A DNA stretch of 25,761 nt from a virus (taxonomy: Duplodnaviria > Caudoviricetes), in the IMG/VR virus record IMGVR_UViG_3300009183_000333, positions 1 through 25,761 of that record, one strand, 5' to 3'. Below the pieces are notes generated by a model. That model was not told the origin of the DNA and did no database searches. It saw only the letters and a list, made by a program, of their open reading frames with translations. This document shows positions 9,492 to 18,989 of the stretch, one piece after another. Within the stretch, counting starts at the first letter, position 1; every line of letters starts with the position of its first letter. Made by a program: the position numbers and the translations under genes.

Positions 9492-10111
9492 TGTAGATCC
9501 AAATCACCACCAGCAGTTTCAACACCAATATTACCTTTTACAAAAGTGTTAAACGCAATACTAACTCTATTGTTAGTTGTGGGATTAGATTTCACATAGT
9601 GAAAGCACTGTGATGGAAATAATATTACTGTGTTATCTTCAAGCGGAATATCAAACTCCAAAGAATTAAACATATTGTACTGCTGTGATCGCATGTTCAG
9701 CAAGAACGGAGGCGTGGGATTAACAAAGGTTATTGAAGGTTGGCTTTGATCAACATCTAAATAGAAAACTCCCGATACCACGCTGTTGGCATGATTGTGT
9801 AAAGTCTGCCCCTCAGCGTGTCCAGCAATATTACACCACGAATTTGTGATATAAATTTCAAATTCATAGCCCATGACAGTATTGAAATATTCTTTGACTT
9901 CGTCTAATAGAATATTTTTTAATCGTTGTAATTCTGGCCGTTCTAATATAAATTTATCATTGGACAGTTTCGTGCCTAGGATCTGTTTAGAGGAATTTAG
10001 ATCATAGATATCAGCTAATTCGTTGTTGGTTAGTGTGATATTTAATTTGTTCTTATACACTCCAGTAGCAAACAGCGGATAAATGTTTTTTTGAGTAACC
10101 GGATCAGACAT
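9488..10111 (-). CDS. Putative Fe(II)/2OG oxygenase, TIGR02466-like family
   Basis: ITNSWCN, H-x-H (HNH) followed by SVVSGVFYL, then ILFPS..H-Y-V and RVSIAFN. Confidence 0.8.
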   Translation of the reverse strand: MSDPVTQKNIYPLFATGVYKNKLNITLTNNELADIYDLNSSKQILGTKLSNDKFILERPELQRLKNILLDEVKEYFNTVMGYEFEIYITNSWCNIAGHAEGQTLHNHANSVVSGVFYLDVDQSQPSITFVNPTPPFLLNMRSQQYNMFNSLEFDIPLEDNTVILFPSQCFHYVKSNPTTNNRVSIAFNTFVKGNIGVETAGGDLDLH

Positions 10112-11558
10112 AATCTCTAATTATCTGTATAAATTTTTTGTGCTTGATCGAGACCACGGAGTTTTCATATTCATGATATTTTTCAATAGCTTGGTCTGCA
10201 TACACTCTAGCTAATTGATGGTGCGACTCAAATTCTTTTCTAATCGATTCTCGATCAAATAGATCAAGCCCTTCCATTACAACAATAAAGTTACTGGCCT
10301 TAAATAAAATATAATCAGAAAGTCCACTGAAATCTTCACGAATAGGCAGTCTGTGTTTCCATTGCATTAATTTTGTATAAAGACTCTCGGGTAATTCTGT
10401 ATTTGCCACATCCTTCCAGAACTGAGTGTTGGTTTTATTTGTGATATAATGCAGTATAATAAAGTCTCTAATGTTTTCCATAATATCGTTGACTGATTTA
10501 TTATATTGTTCAACTGACTTATCAGTGTAATTAACTAATCTATGTACTAACAAGAAGCTTTGTTGGATTGAAGTTCCTATGGAAGTCGCTTCAAGCGGCT
10601 CAACAAAACTGCCACTTAGCCCGATAGCACAGCAATTCTTAATCCACGGCCGATCCAATGCTCCGGGATCAAACTTAAACTGTCTGCCAACCTCAATCTT
10701 TTTTCCAAGTAGCTGCTCGACTTCTGCTTGAGCCTGTTCAGCAGTGATGTAATCGCTGTCAAATATGTAACCATTGCCATGTCGACCCCATACTGGAATT
10801 TTAAATAACCAGCCGTAGTCCATTGCTCGAGCTAGAGTCCAGTAGTTGTAATTGTCCTCGTCTCCTGTTTGAAATGTTATTGCTGATTTCATTTTCAAAT
10901 ACTCGCCGTAGGATTGCCATTTAGCACCAAGTTTATTCATTAATAATCTTTTAAAACCAGTGCTATCAATATAAAAATCATAAGCATACTGTTGCTTTGT
11001 GCCAATTAAATTTTTAATATATCCATCGTCATCTAACACAACGTCTGATATGTCATCTTCAATTAGATTAATGCCAAACGATTCTGCCAGTCTCAACAGA
11101 AAGTCATTTAATTTGTTGGTATTAAAATGGAACTGAAACGCATGATATTCGTCTGGCTTGTTAACAAACCAATCACTGATTTCACTATTCCATACACCCC
11201 GAGCATTAACAGGTCCGTTTTCAGATATCTGTTTGCCGTAGACGCATTGATATTGCCCGCTGGTTTTAGAAAACGGTTCAATAACATTATGAAAATAAGT
11301 CTTATCGCCCCAGTTTTCAAACATGATACCCGATTTAAAAGTAGCATCACATTCTTTTATTAGTGTGTATTGATCAATACCAGCAACATCCATGAACTCT
11401 TTCCAGTGCTCAGTAGAGCCCTCTCCGACACCAACAATGCCAATATTTTTAGAATACACAACATCAATTTCAATGTCTAATTTTCTTTTAAGAATGATGG
11501 CCGATACAAGCCCTGCAGTACCGCCACCTACTACCAGTAGTTTTTTTACATTTCTCAT
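10104..11558 (-). CDS. Flavin-dependent halogenase, tryptophan halogenase family (copy 1)
   Basis: VVGGGTAG FAD motif, GVGEGS, ATFKSGI (catalytic Lys position), FYIDSTGF, GWLFKIP (variant of WxWxIP) and FVEPLEATSI. Confidence 0.9.
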   Translation of the reverse strand: MRNVKKLLVVGGGTAGLVSAIILKRKLDIEIDVVYSKNIGIVGVGEGSTEHWKEFMDVAGIDQYTLIKECDATFKSGIMFENWGDKTYFHNVIEPFSKTSGQYQCVYGKQISENGPVNARGVWNSEISDWFVNKPDEYHAFQFHFNTNKLNDFLLRLAESFGINLIEDDISDVVLDDDGYIKNLIGTKQQYAYDFYIDSTGFKRLLMNKLGAKWQSYGEYLKMKSAITFQTGDEDNYNYWTLARAMDYGWLFKIPVWGRHGNGYIFDSDYITAEQAQAEVEQLLGKKIEVGRQFKFDPGALDRPWIKNCCAIGLSGSFVEPLEATSIGTSIQQSFLLVHRLVNYTDKSVEQYNKSVNDIMENIRDFIILHYITNKTNTQFWKDVANTELPESLYTKLMQWKHRLPIREDFSGLSDYILFKASNFIVVMEGLDLFDRESIRKEFESHHQLARVYADQAIEKYHEYENSVVSIKHKKFIQIIRDYV

Positions 11559-12247
11559 ACGAGATTGTTCCTTATTTCTTTTAGTATGGCTTTTTTATTC
11601 TTGAATAGCTTATAAAAATCTTCTAGATTTTTTAAGAAGTGACCAAAGGTCAGTGCAAATCCGTCACCAACATAGCTGTTTAGTTTGTCGTTGTATCTAA
11701 ATTGAACGAAATTAATTTTTTCTTCAGTATGAAATCTCATATAAGAATAAATTTCTTCCCTCTCAATTTTAAATTCATCGTATTCAGGTTTCAGATAAAA
11801 TGCAAACTCAGTGTTTCTAAACCATTTTCCTATGTCAAATTGTCCAGCAACAGGGATGCATCTAGTAGTAATATTGTTGTTTTCTAAAAACGGATACTCG
11901 TAAAATGTCACATTAAGACTAGGGGCATCTGTAAAAAATATGTATTTGGTTTGATATGAAAAGAATTTTTTATCCATTGACCTAACAACCACATGATCTT
12001 CAAAGAATTTCTGATCGTACATGTTGGTAGCCAGCCCTTGATCAGTTACTTTAAATGCATATTCGTATATAGATTTCAAAGCATACAAGTTTTTTAAATT
12101 TTTATTAAATGATGGACAATAGTTGAGTTTAGATCCTCGATTATCGTCTATTAAATTTTTACTGTAGAACACTGAAGACACAGTCTGCGGCTCTTCGGCA
12201 AGCATCCACTGATCTTCAACACACGCCCAATACACATTTATAGCCAT
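11555..12247 (-). CDS. Hypothetical protein, possible distant relative of 15184/16495 (Cys-Pro family)
   Basis: 230 aa with an AAGGA Shine-Dalgarno upstream. It has NYCPSF, later P-x-x-G-x-x-D (PVAGQFDIGKWFR) and a basic/aromatic C-terminus, in similar order to the 15184/16495 motifs. Confidence 0.6.
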   Translation of the reverse strand: MAINVYWACVEDQWMLAEEPQTVSSVFYSKNLIDDNRGSKLNYCPSFNKNLKNLYALKSIYEYAFKVTDQGLATNMYDQKFFEDHVVVRSMDKKFFSYQTKYIFFTDAPSLNVTFYEYPFLENNNITTRCIPVAGQFDIGKWFRNTEFAFYLKPEYDEFKIEREEIYSYMRFHTEEKINFVQFRYNDKLNSYVGDGFALTFGHFLKNLEDFYKLFKNKKAILKEIRNNLV

Positions 12248-12273
12248 CGCTGTTCCTTTACTATATGTATCAT

Positions 12274-13698
12274 CTAGCCAAGCACTGATTTAATATATTG
12301 AGTCCAGTAGCGTTCAGCTTGCTCAAACTGACCAGCTTCAATTAGTTCTTGCCTAGCCTGTTCGGGTGAAATAAACCGAAGCCCAGCAAGTATCCAATTC
12401 CATAATGATGCATCCGGAGCATATCGGCTACCGTTGTCAAACATCCATGCACTTAAAATTTTATTCTTAGATTTGTCTAGTAACAGTCTTGTACGATCAG
12501 TTATCACGTTATCGTGTGTAATGTAACGCCAAAATTCGCTGTCGTCTCGACCGCCTTGATAATGCAATGATATAAAATTAAAAATTGATTCGTAGATAGA
12601 AGAAACATGCTTGTTATATAATATTTCATTTTCTTTTGTAATCGTATTTTTTAAATTTGATGACAAAAATTGATCAATAAAAATCATAGTTTGAGCTATT
12701 GTGCTATGTATTGATGTAGCCTCTAAAGGTTCTACAAAACACGTCGATAGTCCCAACGATATTACATTGTTTTTCCAAAAATCACTGCCCCTACCGCTGG
12801 TAAAGTCAATGAACTTAATGGGTTCTATTTCTACTTTTAAAAACTCTTCAATTTCTCGGTGTGCATTTTCTTTGGAAATAAAATTGCTATCAAATACATA
12901 ACCGCAACCTCGCCTAGTCTGCAACGGTATATCCCACATCCAGCCGGACGATAGTGCAGTGGCAGTGGTCATTGGTAGAGGAGAATCTCCTTCTTTATGT
13001 TTTATTATAAATGGCATTGCAGTATCAACAGGCAGATATTTTTTATACGAGATCCATTTAGAACCAACTGCTTCCATCAACACTCGTTTAAAACCGGTGC
13101 AATCAAAGAAAAAATCACCAACTACTGTATATCCTTCTTCAAGTGTCAACGATGCAATATGGCCGTGTTCGTTGAGATTTACTTTTTTTACTATTGAATC
13201 GATTACTTCAACATTGTCTTTTAAACATAGTTCTTTAAAATATTGTCCTACTTTGTGTCCATCAAAATGATATGCACGAAATTCGTCGTATTGTTTTTCT
13301 TCTAGATGTAAACCTTCTTGCGCAGCAAGATGAAATTTATTGTATCCATATTTCTGAAATGCATATTTAAAAACAAAATCACAGTTTGATTTTGCTGTAG
13401 GCCCCCCTGCTAAAGGAGCAAAATATTCATGCTTTCCTTTACCCCAAAATCTATGATAGATCCCCATTTTATTAGTTGCATCAGTTTTGTTAATAAAGTC
13501 TTGCTCATCAATTTTAACAGGAAATAAATCGCCGTGTATTAGGTCATGCATGGATCCTACAGTACCTTCGCCCGCACCAATAATGCCAATTGCCAACGAT
13601 TCAATAATTGTGATAGTGTGTTGTCCCGGCTGAGACTTACACAAGCAATATGCAGCTAACCATCCAGCAGTGCCACCACCCACAATTACTATTTTCAT
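12274..13698 (-). CDS. Flavin-dependent halogenase, tryptophan halogenase family (copy 2)
   Basis: IVGGGTAGW, GAGEGT, ATNKMGI, FFFDCTGF, GWMWDIP, RRGCGYVF and FVEPLEATSI. Confidence 0.9.
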   Translation of the reverse strand: MKIVIVGGGTAGWLAAYCLCKSQPGQHTITIIESLAIGIIGAGEGTVGSMHDLIHGDLFPVKIDEQDFINKTDATNKMGIYHRFWGKGKHEYFAPLAGGPTAKSNCDFVFKYAFQKYGYNKFHLAAQEGLHLEEKQYDEFRAYHFDGHKVGQYFKELCLKDNVEVIDSIVKKVNLNEHGHIASLTLEEGYTVVGDFFFDCTGFKRVLMEAVGSKWISYKKYLPVDTAMPFIIKHKEGDSPLPMTTATALSSGWMWDIPLQTRRGCGYVFDSNFISKENAHREIEEFLKVEIEPIKFIDFTSGRGSDFWKNNVISLGLSTCFVEPLEATSIHSTIAQTMIFIDQFLSSNLKNTITKENEILYNKHVSSIYESIFNFISLHYQGGRDDSEFWRYITHDNVITDRTRLLLDKSKNKILSAWMFDNGSRYAPDASLWNWILAGLRFISPEQARQELIEAGQFEQAERYWTQYIKSVLG

Positions 13699-14602
13699 AA
13701 ATTATTTTGTGTACTCAACATATGGCTTGGTAGACCATGCGTGTGATCTATTCTTTTGGTGCAGTAAATTAGTATGGAAATCATCCCAGTGATGTTCAGC
13801 GATTGACATCATTCCTGTTTCAATTAATTCTTGCCTAGCCTGTTCTGGAGTTATAATATGCAGACCAGCCATGACCCAATTCCACAATGCAGCACCTGGG
13901 GCATTAGGATTAGCATTATCAAATGTGGTGGCGCCGATAATTTTATCTTTTGACTTGTTGATTAACATCTGGGTGTAGTCAGTCACGATCTTATTGTTTT
14001 TAATGTTTCTCCAAAACTCACTGTCATCCCTACCACCTTGATAGTGAAGAGATAAAAAATCAAATACATATTCAAATAATGTATCAATATTTTTATTGTA
14101 TAGTTTTTCGTTTTCTTTTGTAACGGTTTTTTCAGCAACAGGAGACAGAAATTCATCAATAAAAACCATGATCTGTACAATGGTGTTGTGTATAGATGTT
14201 GACTCTAACGGCTCCACAAAAGAAGATGATAGGCCCAATGACAGCACATTGTTTTTCCAAAACGTATCACTCTTTCCACTAGATAGATCAATGAACTTGA
14301 TAGGCTCAATTTCCATCCCTAGATAGCTTTCTATTTCTTTCTGTGCATTTTCTTTGGAAATAAAATTGCTATCAAACACATAACCGCAACCACGTCTTGA
14401 TTGTAATGGAATATCCCACATCCATCCAGATGACATTGCATGAGCTGTGGTCATTGGTAATGGTCTTTCGTTGGATTGATAAGTTAATCGAAACGGCATT
14501 GCAGTATCAACAGGAAGATATTTTTTATACGAGATCCATTTAGAACCAACTGCTTCCATCAGCACTCGTTTAAATCCGGTGCAATCAAAGAAAAAATCAC
14601 CA
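13013..14602. repeat. Near-identical direct repeat tracts between the tandem halogenase paralogues
   Basis: 13013-13120 versus 14495-14602 shows 3 mismatches in 108 bp. 12860-12909 versus 14342-14391 shows 1 mismatch in 50 bp. Both pairs have a 1482-bp offset. The 5' ends of both genes are also nearly identical. Confidence 0.9.
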
Positions 14603-15180
14603 CTAACAGAATAACCTTGTTCTAAAATTACAGAGTCTATGCCACCCGACTCATTGAGATTTACCTGTGTTACCACAGAATCGATAATTTTAATATTTTC
14701 TTTCAAACATATTTCTTTAAAAAATTGGCCTACTTTATGTGTGTCAAATTGATAAGCATGGAATTCGTCAAAATTTTGATTCTCCCAATTTACTCCTGCC
14801 CTCGACGCCATATGAAATTTATCGTAACCAAATTTTTGAAATGCATATTTAAAAACAAAATCGTTGTTCAGTTGAAATGTACTTGAGGCATCTAACGGAG
14901 CAAAATACGACTCCTTATTCTTGGCCCAACCCTTGTGATAAATCCCCATTTTATTAGTTGCATCAGTTTTATTAATAAAATCTTTTATGTCAACTGCCGC
15001 TGGAAATAATACGCCGTTTAGCAGATCTTTGGTTAGTCCTGTGGTAGCTTCTCCAACTCCGATGATGCCAATGGATGATGACTCTACCACTGTGATATCA
15101 TGCTGTCCTGGTTGTGCTTTACACAAGCAATATGCAGCTAACCATCCAGCAGTGCCGCCACCTACAATTACTATTTTCAT
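13702..15180 (-). CDS. Flavin-dependent halogenase, tryptophan halogenase family (copy 3; tandem paralogue of copy 2)
   Basis: IVGGGTAGW, GVGEAT, ATNKMGI, FFFDCTGF, GWMWDIP and FVEPLESTSI. Confidence 0.9.
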   Translation of the reverse strand: MKIVIVGGGTAGWLAAYCLCKAQPGQHDITVVESSSIGIIGVGEATTGLTKDLLNGVLFPAAVDIKDFINKTDATNKMGIYHKGWAKNKESYFAPLDASSTFQLNNDFVFKYAFQKFGYDKFHMASRAGVNWENQNFDEFHAYQFDTHKVGQFFKEICLKENIKIIDSVVTQVNLNESGGIDSVILEQGYSVSGDFFFDCTGFKRVLMEAVGSKWISYKKYLPVDTAMPFRLTYQSNERPLPMTTAHAMSSGWMWDIPLQSRRGCGYVFDSNFISKENAQKEIESYLGMEIEPIKFIDLSSGKSDTFWKNNVLSLGLSSSFVEPLESTSIHNTIVQIMVFIDEFLSPVAEKTVTKENEKLYNKNIDTLFEYVFDFLSLHYQGGRDDSEFWRNIKNNKIVTDYTQMLINKSKDKIIGATTFDNANPNAPGAALWNWVMAGLHIITPEQARQELIETGMMSIAEHHWDDFHTNLLHQKNRSHAWSTKPYVEYTK

Positions 15181-15183
15181 AAA

Positions 15184-15879
15184 TCACCTATAAGATTTTT
15201 TCTTCCAAAATTTATTTTTATACACATTATAAAATTCTCTAAGATATGTGTATTCTCTTTTAGTTTGTGCTTCTTCTTCGTATTTAATTTTTTTAGATTC
15301 CCACGAGTCGCGTTTAAATGGAGTCATTTGAAACATCGGAGTACCCGCAGGTATGGTACCGGTGAATCCTTTTTCAATATAAAAAGGAAATTTACCAAAC
15401 CCAACGTGATAAAACTCATCGGAGTCGATGATCCCGGTGAGTGCTGTAAACGGAAGATCTAATCGATTGTGAGGATGAGTGCATAGTATACTATAGCCTT
15501 TGGGTAGTTTGGGAATCCACGGCATCAACCATGCGAATTCAATAGGATAGTATTGCTCAGTGATCTCGGTGTTGACTTTGTCTCGGTGCTCCATTATTAT
15601 AGGATCTTGACCACAACGATAATTAAATTCACCATTATTAAATTCGATATGTATGTCACACCAAGTTTTTTGAATGTATCCTGAAGTCAACGCATCAATA
15701 AATGGAGTGCAGGATTTCAATCCTTTGACTATTTTTCCTTCTTGATCGACTTCCATGTGTTTGGCAGTGCTTGCCGCAGGCGCATCTTTGTACCATTGAG
15801 GTAAGTTAGATGTTGCACGTTCTGGAATAGGAACATTATCAAACACTGCCTTACTAGAAGGAATAAATTCAATTATCAT
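15184..15879 (-). CDS. Hypothetical protein with dUTPase-like motifs (DUF6065-like?), paralogue of 16495..17199
   Basis: LKSCTPFIDA..GYIQKTWCDI, LPKGYS, HPHNRLDLPF, GIIDSD and IPAGTPMFQMTPFKR. Confidence 0.65.
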   Translation of the reverse strand: MIIEFIPSSKAVFDNVPIPERATSNLPQWYKDAPAASTAKHMEVDQEGKIVKGLKSCTPFIDALTSGYIQKTWCDIHIEFNNGEFNYRCGQDPIIMEHRDKVNTEITEQYYPIEFAWLMPWIPKLPKGYSILCTHPHNRLDLPFTALTGIIDSDEFYHVGFGKFPFYIEKGFTGTIPAGTPMFQMTPFKRDSWESKKIKYEEEAQTKREYTYLREFYNVYKNKFWKKKSYR

Positions 15880-16502
15880 TGTGTAAATGTTATATACGAT
15901 TTGTCTGGTGTTGCTTTTTTAGTTCTAGATTCACCAATAGTGTCACGTCCGTCATTTTTGTAGTCGGCGTAAGGACCATTGACATCTACATAATGAAAAA
16001 ATCCTTGCACATGCCAACTGTCCTCGGGAGGATTAAATTTTTCTCGCCAATGGGTAAGATCATATCCTCTATAAATTAACATATCGCCTGGTCTAAGATC
16101 AGCAGCGGTATTCTGATCGTTGATGTACATAGGCCATTGATATGTTGCATCATTATAACTGTAATTAAAACACAGAGTTGCTGAAATTTCGCACGACGGT
16201 CGGTCTCGATGCGCCTTTAACTCATCACCGCTGCGATAAACTCTATAGAAAGAATATGTGGGATGTAGGGTAAGACCGGTGTTGGCTTCCATGATACTGT
16301 GCAAATGCAACAATATCGCCTCCATTGCTGGATCAGCATATTTTGAATGAGCTCCGATGACCTGATTTTTATCAGCTGAATAGTCTTGCATTTCATCAAA
16401 CAACGCATACTGCGTGATGATGTCTCGCAGCTCGTTGGATATTGCTGATCTTATGATGCAATATCCGTTTTCTTTAAATTTTTCGGGATTCAAATTAGTC
16501 AT
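15876..16502 (-). CDS. Fe(II)/2OG oxygenase (phage family with HxDRPSCEIS motif)
   Basis: PTYSFYRVY, H-x-D (HRDRPSCEISATL), PGDMLIYRG, distal His (THWRE) and QGFFHYV. Confidence 0.8.
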   Translation of the reverse strand: MTNLNPEKFKENGYCIIRSAISNELRDIITQYALFDEMQDYSADKNQVIGAHSKYADPAMEAILLHLHSIMEANTGLTLHPTYSFYRVYRSGDELKAHRDRPSCEISATLCFNYSYNDATYQWPMYINDQNTAADLRPGDMLIYRGYDLTHWREKFNPPEDSWHVQGFFHYVDVNGPYADYKNDGRDTIGESRTKKATPDKSYITFTQ

Positions 16503-17199
16503 ATTTTTTCTTTTGCCAAAAATGATTTTTATAGACGCTCCAGTATTCTCTTAGTGATAGATAAGATTTTTTCTTTTGCTCTGTGATATTAAATTCTTTT
16601 ATTGTTGATTTCCAGTCATCACGTTTAAAAGGAATCATTTGAAACATAGGAGTTCCGAGTGGAATAATACCTTCAAAATTATGATCGATATAAAAAGGAT
16701 ATTGACCAAATCCCACGTGATGAAATTTATCTGCATCTATAATTCCGGATAGTGTAGTGAACGGAAGATCTAATCTGTTATGCGGATGCGTGATTAATAA
16801 ACTGTATCCGTCTGGAAGTTTAGGTATCCAGGGAACAATCCAATGGAATTCTAGCGGATAATATTTGTCACTGATTGGAACATTGCATTTTCCTCGATCG
16901 CCCAACGGTGCAGGATTATGCGCCCAATTATAAGTAGCAGTTCCGTTACCACCTGGTTTAATATAAATGTCACACCAAGTCTTTTGAACAAACCCGCCAG
17001 TTATGGCATCAATAAACGGCATGCACATTTTTAAATGTTTGTTTACCAACGTGCCTTCATTGTCAAACATCAACGGATCTCGAGTGGGATTAAATCCTGG
17101 CATATCTTTGAACCACTGCGGGATTGTTGATTTTCCAGGTTGAGGTGGTTCAATAAAATTTTGAACATCTTCAGATGACGGTAAAAATTCTATATTCAT
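16495..17199 (-). CDS. Hypothetical protein with dUTPase-like motifs, paralogue of 15184..15879
   Basis: LKMCMPFIDA..GFVQKTWCDI, LPDGYS, HPHNRLDLPF, GIIDAD and IPLGTPMFQMIPFKR. Confidence 0.65.
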   Translation of the reverse strand: MNIEFLPSSEDVQNFIEPPQPGKSTIPQWFKDMPGFNPTRDPLMFDNEGTLVNKHLKMCMPFIDAITGGFVQKTWCDIYIKPGGNGTATYNWAHNPAPLGDRGKCNVPISDKYYPLEFHWIVPWIPKLPDGYSLLITHPHNRLDLPFTTLSGIIDADKFHHVGFGQYPFYIDHNFEGIIPLGTPMFQMIPFKRDDWKSTIKEFNITEQKKKSYLSLREYWSVYKNHFWQKKKYD

Positions 17200-17714
17200 T
17201 GTAAATCTTTACCTATGTAATTAAAGTTGATAACACATCTTGCTTTTTTATCAGTGCAAGATGAACTAGTATGTCGAACAGTTGAATCAAAATATACTAA
17301 TCTATTTGCAACGCTCTGCACTTCTGACCCGTCTTCAAATATCGTAGCCCCATTGTTGGTGTTTAGATATAACACCGCAGTTGTGCATTTTATATGATCG
17401 AGATCAATGTGTAATTGATGAACAATCCTTTCAGCAGTCACGGGCATGAGATTGGCTTTCATCCTAAGCATGGCTGCTGGATCAATTTTCGCAATCACAG
17501 GATCCAACAACGAGCTCCACTCACTTTGAGCAAGTCTACCGGTTACATTCCAGAACATGTGTGTGAATTGAAAATTATGAAGATAATCTTTGGACAGATC
17601 TTGATAGGTCACACCTTCATTGAAATACCAAGGAAACGCATTACCTAACATTGTCTGTTGGATATTTTTAAATTCTTGTTCCTCTAAAAAATTATCAATA
17701 ATTTTATATTTCAT
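17196..17714 (-). CDS. Small Fe(II)/2OG oxygenase (prolyl-hydroxylase-like)
   Basis: IIDNFL start, RMKANL, H-x-D (HID), TAVLYLNTNNG, NRLVYFD..H (RHTSS) and RCVINFNY. Confidence 0.75.
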   Translation of the reverse strand: MKYKIIDNFLEEQEFKNIQQTMLGNAFPWYFNEGVTYQDLSKDYLHNFQFTHMFWNVTGRLAQSEWSSLLDPVIAKIDPAAMLRMKANLMPVTAERIVHQLHIDLDHIKCTTAVLYLNTNNGATIFEDGSEVQSVANRLVYFDSTVRHTSSSCTDKKARCVINFNYIGKDLQ

Positions 17715-18343
17715 GACATCTGTCTATCTTTAATCCATGTTACCAATGCATATTTTGTACCACCAGTTACTGGGTGTGCAACGTGTTTGTAAGCATAGTT
17801 TGACGGAAACAAAATTAACATTCCAGGTTCCGGCTTGATTTTTATTTTAAAATTTGGAAACTCGAGATGACCGCCATCATAGTCTGAATTTAAGTAGATT
17901 ATTGCAGATACCACTCTGCCTACTCCAGTACCGCCGTCGTAGTGTGCTTGATATTGTTGACCTTGGCTATATTTCAATAAGTTATATCCCTCATGCCAGA
18001 ACCCTTCATTGATACCGTAGCGTTTTGAATAGGAGTTTGTAGCGGCCAGCAACAACAAATTCATTTGATTATGAACATTCTGCAATAGTTTATTCTCAGC
18101 GACATTGGCCAGGTGACTGATTTCCATGACTTGATTGGTTCTGTGATTTTGAAAAGGACCAAGATTCATAGTTTCTGCACGTTCCCAATACACACCTGAA
18201 TCAGTGTTCTTGACCTGTTGCTCAACTGCCTGAATTGTTTCAGCCCAGTTAGGCCAAGCGTTTTCAAAAATATCAATGCAGCCACCTACAACGGTGTCTG
18301 GCTCTATATGGCCAGGAAAAAGATTGTTTACTAATAATGCCAT
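17711..18343 (-). CDS. Fe(II)/2OG oxygenase, prolyl 4-hydroxylase-like
   Basis: LLKY..GQQYQAHYD (HxD), RVVSAIIYLNSDYDGGHLEF and PEPGMLILFPS..HVAHPVTGGTKY. Confidence 0.9.
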   Translation of the reverse strand: MALLVNNLFPGHIEPDTVVGGCIDIFENAWPNWAETIQAVEQQVKNTDSGVYWERAETMNLGPFQNHRTNQVMEISHLANVAENKLLQNVHNQMNLLLLAATNSYSKRYGINEGFWHEGYNLLKYSQGQQYQAHYDGGTGVGRVVSAIIYLNSDYDGGHLEFPNFKIKIKPEPGMLILFPSNYAYKHVAHPVTGGTKYALVTWIKDRQMS

Positions 18344-18347
18344 GGTA

Positions 18348-18989
18348 TTACCTCTGTTGTATTAATTGATCCCCGATAGGATTACCTACAAATTGGGTTA
18401 TAGAATATCTGCCAAAATTTTGACCTACCAACGAGCTGCTAATGCTAACTGACTCAACAGCATGGAACAATATAGATGGAAAAATTACCGTTCGATTATA
18501 CCCGCAGTCTATTTGTAATTTATCTTCAAAAATCAAATTTCCACCGGAAAACGACTTAGGTCCTTGATAGAAAAATGTAATGGCAGTTATAACTGCACCG
18601 TCGGTGTGTTTTTTATAATGATCTCCGTTCTCATAATATTGTACCAATGTGCTGTTTTCTGGATCTCCTCTGAGATATCTAAAAAAAGCATGGTGCCCCA
18701 TTAATTGATCAGTGAGTTCATCTCTAAATAGTTTTTTGTTTTCTCTTAAAATATTTGAAATTGCATGGTCTGCATACACGCTCTCCAGATCTATACCATG
18801 GTTTCTTTTTAGAGGAACCCCGGTCGTTAGATCTAATGCACTTCCGGTTGCTGATGGGTTTAGAAGTTTTCCTTGATCGTTATTTAAAAAGCATAATTCT
18901 TGCCAGATGCGATCACAGGCACGGTTGTCATAGTATTCGTCGATAACTGCAACAGGTAATTCGCACACGGTATAAAATGCGATTTTCAT
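18348..18989 (-). CDS. Fe(II)/2OG oxygenase, prolyl 4-hydroxylase-like
   Basis: YYENGDHYKKHTD (HxD), FSGGNLIF, NRTVIFPSILFHAV and GRYSITQF. Confidence 0.85.
   Translation of the reverse strand: MKIAFYTVCELPVAVIDEYYDNRACDRIWQELCFLNNDQGKLLNPSATGSALDLTTGVPLKRNHGIDLESVYADHAISNILRENKKLFRDELTDQLMGHHAFFRYLRGDPENSTLVQYYENGDHYKKHTDGAVITAITFFYQGPKSFSGGNLIFEDKLQIDCGYNRTVIFPSILFHAVESVSISSSLVGQNFGRYSITQFVGNPIGDQLIQQR

Noticed and set aside
12860-14602. Near-identical repeats as a diversity-generating retroelement TR/VR pair or mobile-element ends
   Set aside because: Both copies are coding, the mismatches are synonymous, and there is no reverse transcriptase or transposase in the window.
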